Positions 44,870-54,494 of a DNA stretch of 64,000 nt are shown piece by piece. Within the stretch, counting starts at the first letter, position 1; every line of letters starts with the position of its first letter. The translations under genes were made by a program, and so were the position numbers. The notes under the pieces were generated by a model. It saw only the letters and a program-made list of their open reading frames with translations. It was not told the origin of the DNA and searched no databases. Source of the DNA: a virus (taxonomy: Duplodnaviria; Caudoviricetes); the IMG/VR virus record IMGVR_UViG_3300049988_000286, positions 160,001 to 224,000 of that record. One strand, 5' to 3'.

Positions 44870-46012
44870 ATGTACAACATCAGAAACAGTGCCGGTGTCG
44901 TTGTCGCAGTAGTTGCCGACCGCCAGATCAACACCACATCCACTCCGCTCGCACTCGCGGGTTTCAACTCGTCGGGATACGGCATCTCCATTTCGGAGAA
45001 TTTCATTCGTCTCCTCGAAAACTTCAACTCCGACATATCCCCAAGTAACCCCCTAGAGGGAATGATCTGGTATGATCGCGCCGTGAGCAAACTGAAGTTC
45101 CGTCAGGGGACGCAGTGGAGCGCCGTCAATGGACCGATGACGACCGGGAGCGACTCTACCGCTGGTGGCCTTGCTGCTGCCTATCATCATCGGGTCGAAG
45201 CCGTGGACACCTCTGTTCTCGTCATGATCGCGGGTGGTAAGATCGTCTCCGTGATCAGCCCCCGTGACATCACCGTCACTAATCTTCCGGCCAACATTAC
45301 GATCAATTCGGTAAACTATCCCTTTGCTTCTGTCTTCCCGTTCGGTATCGAGGGTGGCAGCAACACGGCCAACGACGCCACTGACTACATCGTCAATGGC
45401 AAGGTGATGGTCTCCGAGACTGCTCGTTTCAGCGGTGGTGGTGACTTGAACAAGCCCGCTGGCTGGGCGTTCCTTGATCTTGGTTCTAACACCATTGGAC
45501 TCATGATCGCCAACGGTATCGTCGTTGCTGCTACCTCGAACACTCCCGTGCTCAACGGTGATCTCCCGGATAGCATTTCGGTGCTGGTCCGCAAGGACGA
45601 TCGCACCAACGAGACCACGGCAGTATCGCTGCGTTCGCGTTTTCCGCTGGGCCTCATCTCTGGCACCACCATGGCGGCGGGCGCGATCACTACCGGTGGG
45701 TTGCGCAATGTCCAAACGAAGAGCGTCCCCTACACGGTTCAGCTAGCCGATTCTGCCTCGATCCTGCGTATGGAATCGACATCGGCGCTGACGCTGACGC
45801 TTCCCAACAACATGCCGGTAGGCTTCGAGGTGATGGTCATTCAGACTGGCACCGGACTGGTCACGATCTCTGCTTCGTCGGGTGCCACTCTGGCGAGCCG
45901 TCAGGGCTTCACCAAGAGCGCGGGTCAGCACGCTCGCATTACTCTCTCGGTGGTATCCAATTCCAACGGCGCTGCGGCAGTGTACAACTTCGCCGGAGAC
46001 GGTGCAGTCTGA
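44870..46012 (+). CDS. tail fibre-like protein, 380 aa
   Basis: ENFIRLLENF..PSNPLEGMIWYD N-terminus; fibre-type C-terminal domain. Confidence 0.7.
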   Translation: MYNIRNSAGVVVAVVADRQINTTSTPLALAGFNSSGYGISISENFIRLLENFNSDISPSNPLEGMIWYDRAVSKLKFRQGTQWSAVNGPMTTGSDSTAGGLAAAYHHRVEAVDTSVLVMIAGGKIVSVISPRDITVTNLPANITINSVNYPFASVFPFGIEGGSNTANDATDYIVNGKVMVSETARFSGGGDLNKPAGWAFLDLGSNTIGLMIANGIVVAATSNTPVLNGDLPDSISVLVRKDDRTNETTAVSLRSRFPLGLISGTTMAAGAITTGGLRNVQTKSVPYTVQLADSASILRMESTSALTLTLPNNMPVGFEVMVIQTGTGLVTISASSGATLASRQGFTKSAGQHARITLSVVSNSNGAAAVYNFAGDGAV

Positions 46013-46497
46013 TGGCATCGTTATCAAAAAATAAAGGAAGTGCCTTTGAGCGCAAGATCGCAAATCTCTTCTCGGCGCGTTTCGCCGAATATACTGGGAA
46101 AAGTTCTTGCTTTAGGAGGAACGCGGACTCGGGGTCATTCTTCGGTGCTAGCAATAAGAAGCGCATCGAGACTCACGATACCTCAAAGGCTTGTTACGGT
46201 GACATCATGACGCCACCGGGCTTCAACTTCGCCATTGAGTGCAAGCACTACAAGACGCCGCCTAGCTTTGCCTCTATTCTCAAGCAGGATTTTAAGACTC
46301 TCGATGGATGGTTGGAACAGGCCGAACAGGACGCAGAGAACTCCCAGCAGCGTGTCCTCCTCATCATGAAGTTTAATAACGTCCCGGAGGCTGCGGTGGT
46401 CAAGTCTGACCTTGGTGCAATCAAGTATCGCGGCTATTCTATCGTGCCACTCGTAGAGTTCCTCGACCAGCCCGACGATTATTTCTTCACGAAGTAA
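46012..46497 (+). CDS. Holliday junction resolvase-like PD-(D/E)xK nuclease
   Basis: SKNKGSAFERKIA, YGDIM, AIECKHY. Confidence 0.8.
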   Translation: MASLSKNKGSAFERKIANLFSARFAEYTGKSSCFRRNADSGSFFGASNKKRIETHDTSKACYGDIMTPPGFNFAIECKHYKTPPSFASILKQDFKTLDGWLEQAEQDAENSQQRVLLIMKFNNVPEAAVVKSDLGAIKYRGYSIVPLVEFLDQPDDYFFTK

Positions 46498-46708
46498 AGG
46501 TCAACTCGGCGATGAGCCAATCCTCCTCGTTGGCGAGTCGTAGCCACGCGATCTGAAAACCACCGATGTGACGACGCGCAACATCGTAATCGGGTCGCGC
46601 GATGCCATTCTCCTTGCACCACCTATGCAATCGTTCGATGTCGTCCTTCTTCTTGACGACGACGATATGCGGGTAGAGTGCCGCCATGCGAGCATCTAGC
46701 GCGCTCAA
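46487..46708 (-). CDS. small hypothetical protein, same family
   Basis: LANEEDWLIAELTF. Confidence 0.65.
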   Translation of the reverse strand: MSALDARMAALYPHIVVVKKKDDIERLHRWCKENGIARPDYDVARRHIGGFQIAWLRLANEEDWLIAELTFTS

Positions 46709-47034
46709 AGTTGTAGCTTCGCCAAGATGTAATCGTGCTCGTTCATGAACGATAACCGATAATTTGGTCCTTTCGAGAGCGGGGCCAGATACCAGTTACT
46801 CGCGTTGTAGATTGCCCAGTGGAGGGCGTCAATCATCCGCGCGGGCTCGATGCCAAACTCACTCATCCCCGCCTCTACATTCGCGCCCGGAAGGCTATCG
46901 ATTGTTATGCAACCCCTTGTTTCATCAGCCATCCCATACTCCACTACATAATGGAGAACGACTGGGTGAACATCAATAAGGGGAACGCCGAAATGATTCG
47001 CCAGACTCTTGGCTCCTTCGATCCATTTCGTCAT
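46705..47034 (-). CDS. small hypothetical protein, same family
   Basis: FMNEHDYILAKLQL. Confidence 0.65.
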   Translation of the reverse strand: MTKWIEGAKSLANHFGVPLIDVHPVVLHYVVEYGMADETRGCITIDSLPGANVEAGMSEFGIEPARMIDALHWAIYNASNWYLAPLSKGPNYRLSFMNEHDYILAKLQL

Positions 47035-47264
47035 ATCAGAGGCATCCGGGATTCCTTGACGACCTTCATACGCTCTTCGACCATCTCCATGATGTCACGA
47101 CGCTCCGTGATACTCAAGGTCCAAGCCTCCTCGCGCGACAGTGCGCCACGCATATACCACATCAGATTAACGATCTGCGACCTCAATTCCTTCTGCTCTT
47201 TGTCGAAGCGTTTGAGAAAGCTGTTTATCTGCTCCCCGGTCGTCAGTCGGAGGAGCGTTCCTCG
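47031..47264 (-). CDS. gp51-like/tail-assembly-chaperone C-terminal ORF, probably reached by -1 frameshift
   Basis: LMWYMRGALSREEAW; no good start; lies in the -1 frame of the upstream gene. Confidence 0.65.
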   Translation of the reverse strand, partial: RGTLLRLTTGEQINSFLKRFDKEQKELRSQIVNLMWYMRGALSREEAWTLSITERRDIMEMVEERMKVVKESRMPLI

Positions 47265-47270
47265 AAAAAA
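47231..47270 (-). promoter_or_regulatory. predicted -1 ribosomal frameshift signal: U UUU UUC (47270-47264), 7-nt spacer, GCUCCUC/GGGGAGC stem
   Basis: canonical X XXY YYZ heptamer in the correct frame. Confidence 0.65.
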
Positions 47271-48163
47271 GTTGCAGGATTGAACTCGATCGAGCCCGCC
47301 CACTCATGACCGCAGTCGCCACAAGTAGCAGGGACAGTCTTGTCGGCACCCATATTGTTGATTGTCTCCAAGGCAGCGCGAATACGATTGAGGGTGCGGC
47401 TATCGGTATTGACGAGAAACTCCTCGATCATCCCTTGATCAGATACCTCGGCACCCGGCACGATGATCTTGATGATTGAGCAAGCAACGCCATGGGTGTT
47501 CATCTCCGCGAGCCGCGCCATCACGCCCTTGTAGGTAGCATCGCGCTCCTCATCCGTCGCCGACTCATTCATGTCCATGGCTTGAGCGATGCGACGCTCC
47601 TTAAAGGCCGCGATCAGGATTTTGGTCTGTAGCTTGACCGTGTGGGGGCGGAGATACACCACCATGTCGTCCGAGAGGCGCACCTCGTTGATCGCGGGCA
47701 CTGGCGTAATCGTCTGGAGGATCGAGGGGAGATCGACCTCGTAGGGGTTCTTCTCGTCACACTTGGGGCAGACGAGTTCCACGTCCATCTTGTCGCCACT
47801 GCTCGCGACCCGGATCGCCAGTAGGAGCACATCGAGATCGGGAGCCGAAACCAGTTCCGGCATCTTGATGGCGGGGACGCACGAGGCAATCAGGCTCATC
47901 ACTGCGCTGTTGTTCATCAAAGCGTCGGGGGACGACAGGAGAAGTTCGTCGGCGGCACGCATCGGCAGCACCTTGACTTCACCAGCCTCGTCCAACTCGA
48001 CCCCACCCTCTGGGAAGAACACACCCCCGGTGGGTAGCTTGACCGAACAACCCGGCAGACGAAAGTATGCCGCGAGTGGATTGCTCGATTTGGGTGCGGC
48101 AAATGCCTTGTCGGTGAACAATTCGTTTTCGTTAAATTCGTCTTCCGCGACCAGTTTGCTCAC
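47243..48163 (-). CDS. baseplate hub/tail assembly protein (gp26-like), 306 aa
   Basis: NPLAAYFR, LPTGG, PMRAADELLL, DLDVLLLAIR, CPKC, CGDCGHEW; GTG start after a GAGG SD. Confidence 0.8.
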   Translation of the reverse strand: MSKLVAEDEFNENELFTDKAFAAPKSSNPLAAYFRLPGCSVKLPTGGVFFPEGGVELDEAGEVKVLPMRAADELLLSSPDALMNNSAVMSLIASCVPAIKMPELVSAPDLDVLLLAIRVASSGDKMDVELVCPKCDEKNPYEVDLPSILQTITPVPAINEVRLSDDMVVYLRPHTVKLQTKILIAAFKERRIAQAMDMNESATDEERDATYKGVMARLAEMNTHGVACSIIKIIVPGAEVSDQGMIEEFLVNTDSRTLNRIRAALETINNMGADKTVPATCGDCGHEWAGSIEFNPATFFEERSSD

Positions 48164-48191
48164 ACAACACCTCACTCTACTTTTGTACCTG

Positions 48192-48236
48192 TATTTAAGT
48201 CATGATAAACTACGGAGATAACGCTCTCAATAAATA
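48192..48236. promoter_or_regulatory. divergent late promoters (TAAATA 48192-48197 minus, 48231-48236 plus)
   Basis: intergenic between the hub and tape measure genes. Confidence 0.65.
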
Positions 48237-48261
48237 TCAAGAACGATGAGAGACTTTGATA

Positions 48262-50625
48262 ATGAGTGAATTCGACCAGTCTGATATGGATCGCGTGCTT
48301 TCCGAGATGGAGAAGGCAGCGTCTGCGATGAACGGCATGGCCCGTGGGTCGCAGTCGCGAGGTCGCGGGAGCCGTCAAGAAGCCGCAGAGGCTTTGGAGA
48401 GTGCACTGTCGAAGGTCACTCGTCGTGCCAAGAGCTTCGATGATTCTCTCGCCAATGCGATCAACAACAGTGATCGTATGAACGAAAGCTTCGAGGGAGC
48501 GGTTGATCAGTTGACTCGCTTCACCTTGAGCGGCTTCGCTGGTGCGGCGGCGCTGGGTGCACTGATCACCAAAGCGATGTCGGTGACTAAAGTCTATCAG
48601 CAAATGTCCGAAGTTGGCCAGTCCTTCGGTGGCAGCATGGCCAAGATGATGATTGCAGCAGGTGAGGCGGGGCTTCCCCTGAATGAATTCGCTGCCATCC
48701 AGTCCAAACACAATGCCACAATCAACGCCACGAACGGTAACTACTTCAAGATGAACTCGATGCTGCGTGATCAGCTAAAGACGAGTGGCCTCTACGGTAT
48801 GACGATCGAGCAACTTGCCGACTTCTCTGCTGGTTACCTTGAAGTTTCCCGCCTCAATGGCACCCTCGCGACGAAAAGTAACGCGAAGGTAGTTAAAGAG
48901 ATGGGTGAGTTGGCGCTCACTACTACCGGGCTGGCGGAAGCCAGCGACAAGACGCGTCAGGAGATTACGCAACTTGCCACGGCGGCGTTGTCGAGCGCGT
49001 CGGCGATTGCGGGCATCTCGGTAGTATCCGCGAACCTCCGCGACACGGTTGACAAGAACGCGAAGACGACCACGGCAATCTTCGCTTCGCTGAACGGAGA
49101 GGCGGGTGAGTTCTTTTCCAAATTCTTCGCCGACTCTATTGGTATGCCAGCGGCGATGACGCAACAGGCGAGCACGCTCATCGACTCCGGTATGTCTCCG
49201 TTCGTGTCGCGGATGCAGGAAATCTCACGCAAGAACGCGATGGGGCTCGACACCACCGAAGACGCGATCAATGCCTCGAATGACTTCAAAGAAGCCGTTG
49301 AGGCAAACATGCCGGTGCTCCGCGCCCAAGCCGCTGCCGGTAACGAGAGCGCCGCGCAGACGATCCGTATGGCCGCTGCCATTCAGAAGCGAACTAAAGC
49401 AGAGATCGATCAGGCTAAGGACGCAGCGAAGAACAAGCCGAAGTGGACTGCTTTCTGGCTCTCGATCGACAGCATCTACAAGGGCCTCGTTGGTGCATTC
49501 AACTCTTCGTTCATCAAGGGCTTTACGAGCACTATGACGGATTTGGGCAAATTCGGGGAAAGCAACGCTGGCCAACGGTTGAAAAACTTCCTCGAAAGTC
49601 TCGGCGAACAACTCGGCAAATTCCTCGGTGGTGTATTGACCAGTGAGAACATCGAGCGCTTCGCCAACGGTATATTCAACCTCGCCAAATGCGTGTTCGA
49701 AGCCGTCGAATCATTCACCATGAATGGTGGTTTCGTTAGCCTTCAAAACTCTTTGACGATGCTTGGTGGGTTCATCTCGGTGGTGACATACCCGCTGCGT
49801 CTTCTCGGTGATGTATTGAGCAGCATGTCGCCCGGCTTTGTCAAGGCGGCAGGTATGATTGGCGGCGTCGGTTTCTTGCTCTTCAAGGCTTGGAAGATGG
49901 TCACCGGTATGCTGGGAATGCGGGCACAGACAATGAACGTCCGCGCCGGAACCGTCAACATCGATGGCGGTGGAGGCGGTGGTGGCGACGGCGGTGGACG
50001 CGGGCGCGGCCGGGGTCGAGGTGGTCGTCTTGGACGAGCCGCTAGAGGTGCCCGTGCGCGGTTTGGTCGTTCGAGCCTTGGTCGCATGGCCCGTGGCGTA
50101 GGCGGCGTGGGTCGCGTAGCTGGTCTGGGTCGGTTGGCTCTTGGTGGCGTTGGCGCGCTTGCGGGCATGGGTGGCGAGATGATCGCCGACAACATGCAGG
50201 ATGGTGCGGCAAAGACGGCGATAGGGTCTGCCTCTCGCGCGGCCGGGTACGCGGCTACGGGTGCCATGTTGGGATCGTTCCTCCCCGGTGCGGGCACTCT
50301 CATCGGCGGTGCTCTGGGCGGAGCCTATGGCCTTTATTCGGGCTACAAGGACTATTCCGCACAAGCTGCGGCGGCGAAGCCACAGATGCCCGCCATGGCG
50401 GTCCCGAAACCTTCCGCGATCCCCGGTATGGCCGCGATGGCGGTCCCGGCCACTGCCGCTGCTGCGAGCGCGGCGAAGCCCACCGTTGATCCCGCGCAGG
50501 TGATGATCGACGAGTTGAAGAAGCAAACCGAGGCATTGTCTCGCATGGCTGCGACGCTCGGCGGCAAGATCGATCAGGGTAATACTTTGCTACGCAAAAT
50601 TGAAGTTTCGGCCCAAAGTCTGTAA
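48262..50625 (+). CDS. tail tape measure protein
   Basis: long Ala/Gly-rich helical protein with hydrophobic GG-repeat segments, adjacent to the chaperone gene. Confidence 0.75.
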   Translation: MSEFDQSDMDRVLSEMEKAASAMNGMARGSQSRGRGSRQEAAEALESALSKVTRRAKSFDDSLANAINNSDRMNESFEGAVDQLTRFTLSGFAGAAALGALITKAMSVTKVYQQMSEVGQSFGGSMAKMMIAAGEAGLPLNEFAAIQSKHNATINATNGNYFKMNSMLRDQLKTSGLYGMTIEQLADFSAGYLEVSRLNGTLATKSNAKVVKEMGELALTTTGLAEASDKTRQEITQLATAALSSASAIAGISVVSANLRDTVDKNAKTTTAIFASLNGEAGEFFSKFFADSIGMPAAMTQQASTLIDSGMSPFVSRMQEISRKNAMGLDTTEDAINASNDFKEAVEANMPVLRAQAAAGNESAAQTIRMAAAIQKRTKAEIDQAKDAAKNKPKWTAFWLSIDSIYKGLVGAFNSSFIKGFTSTMTDLGKFGESNAGQRLKNFLESLGEQLGKFLGGVLTSENIERFANGIFNLAKCVFEAVESFTMNGGFVSLQNSLTMLGGFISVVTYPLRLLGDVLSSMSPGFVKAAGMIGGVGFLLFKAWKMVTGMLGMRAQTMNVRAGTVNIDGGGGGGGDGGGRGRGRGRGGRLGRAARGARARFGRSSLGRMARGVGGVGRVAGLGRLALGGVGALAGMGGEMIADNMQDGAAKTAIGSASRAAGYAATGAMLGSFLPGAGTLIGGALGGAYGLYSGYKDYSAQAAAAKPQMPAMAVPKPSAIPGMAAMAVPATAAAASAAKPTVDPAQVMIDELKKQTEALSRMAATLGGKIDQGNTLLRKIEVSAQSL

Positions 50626-50629
50626 TATC

Positions 50630-50637
50630 TATAAATA
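50630..50637 (+). promoter_or_regulatory. late promoter TATAAATA for the portal
   Basis: exact consensus. Confidence 0.75.
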
Positions 50638-50664
50638 AAATCAAAGAAGGATCGGTGACTATTT

Positions 50665-52458
50665 GTGGCTACGTGGAAGAAGTATTTTCGAGCAGTAAAC
50701 AACCCGCTGGATGCTGCGTACGAGCGACAGCAACAGGGGACGCCGGGCGATGGTCGCTCAACTGCGTCGAAGTTTCAATCGATCCTACCCGAAATCTACG
50801 CCGGGCATCCTAATCGCATTCAGCGTTACTATCAATATGAGGATATGGCACGCGACTCCGACATCTCGGCGGCGCTTGATACGATTGCCAACTTCTGCAC
50901 CCAGTCGGAGGAACAGAGCGACTCGCCCTTTGAAGTAAATTATTTCCAGAAGGCGACCGACCAAGAGATCAAGATCATTGAGGAGACTCTTACCCAGTGG
51001 GTGAAAGCCAATAAGTTCAAGGCAAAGCTGCGCAAGATTTTCCGTAACTGTGCACAGAACGGCGATGCTTTCTTCATCCGTGATCCCGAGGACCATACTT
51101 GGTTCTGGATCGACCATTACGCGGTCGAGTTGGTCAAGATGACGGTCGATGGTAAGCGCGAGCCGGAAGAGTACTTGATCAAAAACTTCGATCCGAACAC
51201 TACCGAGCGTTGGGGCACGTTCGTTGATGATATCTCCCGCTACCGCAACCCCGGAATGTCCCCAAGCGCATCGGGTCGCCCGATGGCATCGCAGTCGGGT
51301 TCACAGTTCCAGATGGCGGGCGCGGATCGCGATCAGCGCGCGCAGCGAGGGCAGCCGGGTCAAGCGGGGCTCAACACCTATGTGGCCGTCAAAGCCGAGA
51401 ATGTCGTCCACCTTGCCTTGAGCGAGGACATGGATATCAATGCTCCTTTCGGTCAGTCCGTCCTTGATCCGATCTTTAAGACCTTCAAGCAGAAGGAATT
51501 GCTTGAAGACTCGATCATCATTTACCGCGTCCAGCGCGCGCCCGAGCGTCGTGTCTTTTACATCGATGTCGGTGCAATGAACGGCGTTCGTGCGCAGTCC
51601 TATATCGAGGGTATCAAGAACGAAATCCATCAGCGTCGTATTCCGAACCGGACGGGCGGTGGATCGGCCATTATGGATACCGCTTACAACCCCTTGTCGA
51701 TGCTCGACGATTATTTCTTCGCCCAGTCGTCGGAAGGTCGTGGCTCAAAGGTTGAAGTCCTCCCGTCCGGCGACGCCTTGGGCGAGATCACCGACCTCTC
51801 TTACTTCACCAAGAAGATGGCGCGCGGCCTTCAAATCCCCACCACCTACCTCTCGCTCGGTGATGATGAGCAGCAAGCCAGTTACAATGACGGTAAGCTT
51901 GGCTCCGCCCTAATTCAGGAATTCAAGTTTAGCAAATACTGTATGCATCTCCAGAGTTTGCTCGCGCCGGAATTTGACAAGTTCTTTAAGGAGTATCTGG
52001 AAGCCAAAGGCGCGATTATCAGCCCTGACTTGTTTGAATTGCAGTTCAAGCCGCCGCAGAATTTCACGAAGTATCGACAGATCGAACTCGATCTACAGCA
52101 GACGCAGGTTTACTCATCCGTCGCCGGTAATACTCACCTGTCGGAGCGCTTCAAGCTTCGCCGCTTCCTCAACCTCACCCCGGAGGAGATGTTGGAGAAC
52201 GAGACCGATTGGGCGGAGGAGAATCCGGAGAAGATGAAGGCAGCGACTGGCTCGACTGCCGCTGAATCAACCCCGGATGGCGATCTTGGATCGATCGGAA
52301 TGCGGCCCGACGACGGTGGCGATCTCGATCTCGACCTCCCTGATGAGGGAGGGGACATGGACTTGGGCGGAGATGATCTCGGTGGCGGTGGCGGCGACGC
52401 CCCCGCGCCCGGCGGTGATGCTCCCGCAGCACCGGCACCACCAGCAGCAGGAGCATAA
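50665..52458 (+). CDS. portal protein (T4 gp20-like)
   Basis: IIIYRVQRAPERRVFYIDVG, DDYFFAQSSEGRGSKVEVLP. Confidence 0.95.
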   Translation: MATWKKYFRAVNNPLDAAYERQQQGTPGDGRSTASKFQSILPEIYAGHPNRIQRYYQYEDMARDSDISAALDTIANFCTQSEEQSDSPFEVNYFQKATDQEIKIIEETLTQWVKANKFKAKLRKIFRNCAQNGDAFFIRDPEDHTWFWIDHYAVELVKMTVDGKREPEEYLIKNFDPNTTERWGTFVDDISRYRNPGMSPSASGRPMASQSGSQFQMAGADRDQRAQRGQPGQAGLNTYVAVKAENVVHLALSEDMDINAPFGQSVLDPIFKTFKQKELLEDSIIIYRVQRAPERRVFYIDVGAMNGVRAQSYIEGIKNEIHQRRIPNRTGGGSAIMDTAYNPLSMLDDYFFAQSSEGRGSKVEVLPSGDALGEITDLSYFTKKMARGLQIPTTYLSLGDDEQQASYNDGKLGSALIQEFKFSKYCMHLQSLLAPEFDKFFKEYLEAKGAIISPDLFELQFKPPQNFTKYRQIELDLQQTQVYSSVAGNTHLSERFKLRRFLNLTPEEMLENETDWAEENPEKMKAATGSTAAESTPDGDLGSIGMRPDDGGDLDLDLPDEGGDMDLGGDDLGGGGGDAPAPGGDAPAAPAPPAAGA

Positions 52459-52460
52459 AG

Positions 52461-52700
52461 ATGACCTTGAACGAATTCGTCAAGCCCGAAGACGCAACCA
52501 ACTACGACCCCAACGCCGACACAATCGGCCAGCGGCATCGCGACGACACTCGCAAAGAGCCTCTCACGCTTCGACTGCTCAACCATCTCAAGAAGATGCG
52601 CGCACTCAAGAAGCTTGAGGCCATGAAGAAGCAAGATGTCCTGACTGCAATGTACGGCCAGAGCGAAGGCGGCGATGCTGGCGGCGGGGGTATGTTCTAA
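52461..52700 (+). CDS. small head-assembly protein, 79 aa
   Basis: position after the portal; LTLRLLNHLKKMR. Confidence 0.65.
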   Translation: MTLNEFVKPEDATNYDPNADTIGQRHRDDTRKEPLTLRLLNHLKKMRALKKLEAMKKQDVLTAMYGQSEGGDAGGGGMF

Positions 52701-52805
52701 TAAAAGCCGGTTTTTCACGCTTAACCTAAGCGTGAGAATCGGTGCGCCTAAATAAAAACGACACATGAGCAGTGTTGAGCAAAACCATATAGAGGAGTTA
52801 TTATA

Positions 52806-53753
52806 ATGAAGTCTATTCTTGAAAAGGCTTTGGTCCACCTCCTGAACGAGGACGTTGAGAAGGCACAGGAACTGATGCACCAGTTCGTCGTCGAACAGGC
52901 GCGCGCGATTCACGAGAGCCTCCGCGAGGGCGACGAGTGCGACATGGACGCCATGGACGATACCCTTGAGGAGAACGAGTTCTTCACCGAGGCTGATCTT
53001 GAGGACACCGAGGCTGCCGAGCAGCTTGAGGACGACCTCGACGACAACGACGGTGGCGACATCGCCGGTGGTGACGACTTCGGTGGCGAGGAAGTCGCTG
53101 CTGATGATCTCGACGCAGCCGAGGTAGAGGGTGGCGACGACATGGGTGCCGAGATGGGCGACGACATGGGCGGCGAGGGTGACATGGCCGAGAAGCTGGA
53201 CACCATCGAGGACGAGATCGCTTCGCTTCAGGCCGAGTTCGAGAAGATCATGGCCGAGTTCGACGGTGGCGACGAGATGGACGCCACTGATGAGGCTGGT
53301 GATGACTTCGGCGACGACGTTGAGGTTGCGGATGCTGACGCGGTTGACGCCCCCGAGTTCGGCGGCGAGACCGAGGAAGAGGACGAACAGGACTTCGATC
53401 GCGTCACCGAGTCGATGGTCGATGATCTGAAGAAGGTCTCGGTCCCGAACGAGGACGGTCGCGGTGCTACCGGCCAGAAGCTGTCCACCCCGACGACTTC
53501 GCCGATCGCCAAGGACGCGAAGCCGACCGTTCTTCGCTCGAAGAACACCGTTGGTCACACGGGTTGGGAGCGCGAGACTGCACCGTCGAAGAAGGATGGT
53601 CCGGATCGTGGTCGCAAGTACGACAACAACCGTTCGAAGGCCACTGACGGCAACGAGAAGATGCCCGCCACTGGTCCCAAGAAGGCGGAGATCAACAAGC
53701 CCGTCGCTGGCAACAACAAGTCGGTGATTCCGGGTAAGAAGAGCGGCAAGTAA
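52806..53753 (+). CDS. acidic prohead core protein (gp67/68-like position)
   Basis: very D/E-rich, TAAATA at 52749-52754, position before the protease. Confidence 0.7.
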   Translation: MKSILEKALVHLLNEDVEKAQELMHQFVVEQARAIHESLREGDECDMDAMDDTLEENEFFTEADLEDTEAAEQLEDDLDDNDGGDIAGGDDFGGEEVAADDLDAAEVEGGDDMGAEMGDDMGGEGDMAEKLDTIEDEIASLQAEFEKIMAEFDGGDEMDATDEAGDDFGDDVEVADADAVDAPEFGGETEEEDEQDFDRVTESMVDDLKKVSVPNEDGRGATGQKLSTPTTSPIAKDAKPTVLRSKNTVGHTGWERETAPSKKDGPDRGRKYDNNRSKATDGNEKMPATGPKKAEINKPVAGNNKSVIPGKKSGK

Positions 53754-53777
53754 TCTAGCCTCTCTTTAGAGAAAACG

Positions 53778-53810
53778 AAGCCCGCAGGGAGCAATTCCTG
53801 CGGGTTTTTC
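53778..53810 (+). terminator. intrinsic terminator
   Basis: CCCGCAGG/CCTGCGGG stem then TTTTT. Confidence 0.85.
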
Positions 53811-53873
53811 GTGTTCGAGACACAAGAAAGCCAGAATTAGGTAAATAGCAGGAACTTATATCGAGGTTTACTC

Positions 53874-54494
53874 ATGTCGCATATCCCACTTACCGAAGAC
53901 CTTACCTTTAGTCAGTCGATGCTAACCCCGCTGACCGAGGGCGAGGGTTCCAAGAAGGACTGGTACCTCAAGGGTATTTTCGTGCAGGGCGATGTTCGTA
54001 ACCTCAACCGTCGCGTGTATCCCACCAACGAGATCAAGAAGGCGGTCGCGCTCGTGAAGGAGAAGGCCAAGGACTTCACCGTCTGGGGCGAATTGGATCA
54101 CCCCGCAGAGTTGCAGATCAATCTGGATCGCGTCTCCCACCTCATCGAAGACATGTGGATGGAAGGCAATAACGGCATGGGCAAGTTGAAGATTGTCAAC
54201 ACGCCGATGGGTAACATCGCCAAGGCCATGCTTGAAGCCGGTGGCAAGATGGGTGTGTCTTCGCGCGGCTCCGGCAACGTCGATTACGACGGCGTTGTTT
54301 CCGAGTTTGAGATCGTCACCGTTGATCTGGTTGCTACTCCGAGCGCACCCGATGCCAAGCCGATCGCCATCTACGAGGCGTTCACTGGTCCGCGCGGCTA
54401 CATCCGCGAAGATTTGGCCCGTGCGGTCATGAATGATCCAAAGGCACAGAAGTATCTCCATAGTGAGATGCTGTCGTGGATGGATCGCCTGTAA
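53874..54494 (+). CDS. prohead core protease (T4 gp21-like)
   Basis: GELDHP, RVSH, GVSSRGSG, TVDLVATPSAPDA; TAAATA at 53842. Confidence 0.95.
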   Translation: MSHIPLTEDLTFSQSMLTPLTEGEGSKKDWYLKGIFVQGDVRNLNRRVYPTNEIKKAVALVKEKAKDFTVWGELDHPAELQINLDRVSHLIEDMWMEGNNGMGKLKIVNTPMGNIAKAMLEAGGKMGVSSRGSGNVDYDGVVSEFEIVTVDLVATPSAPDAKPIAIYEAFTGPRGYIREDLARAVMNDPKAQKYLHSEMLSWMDRL

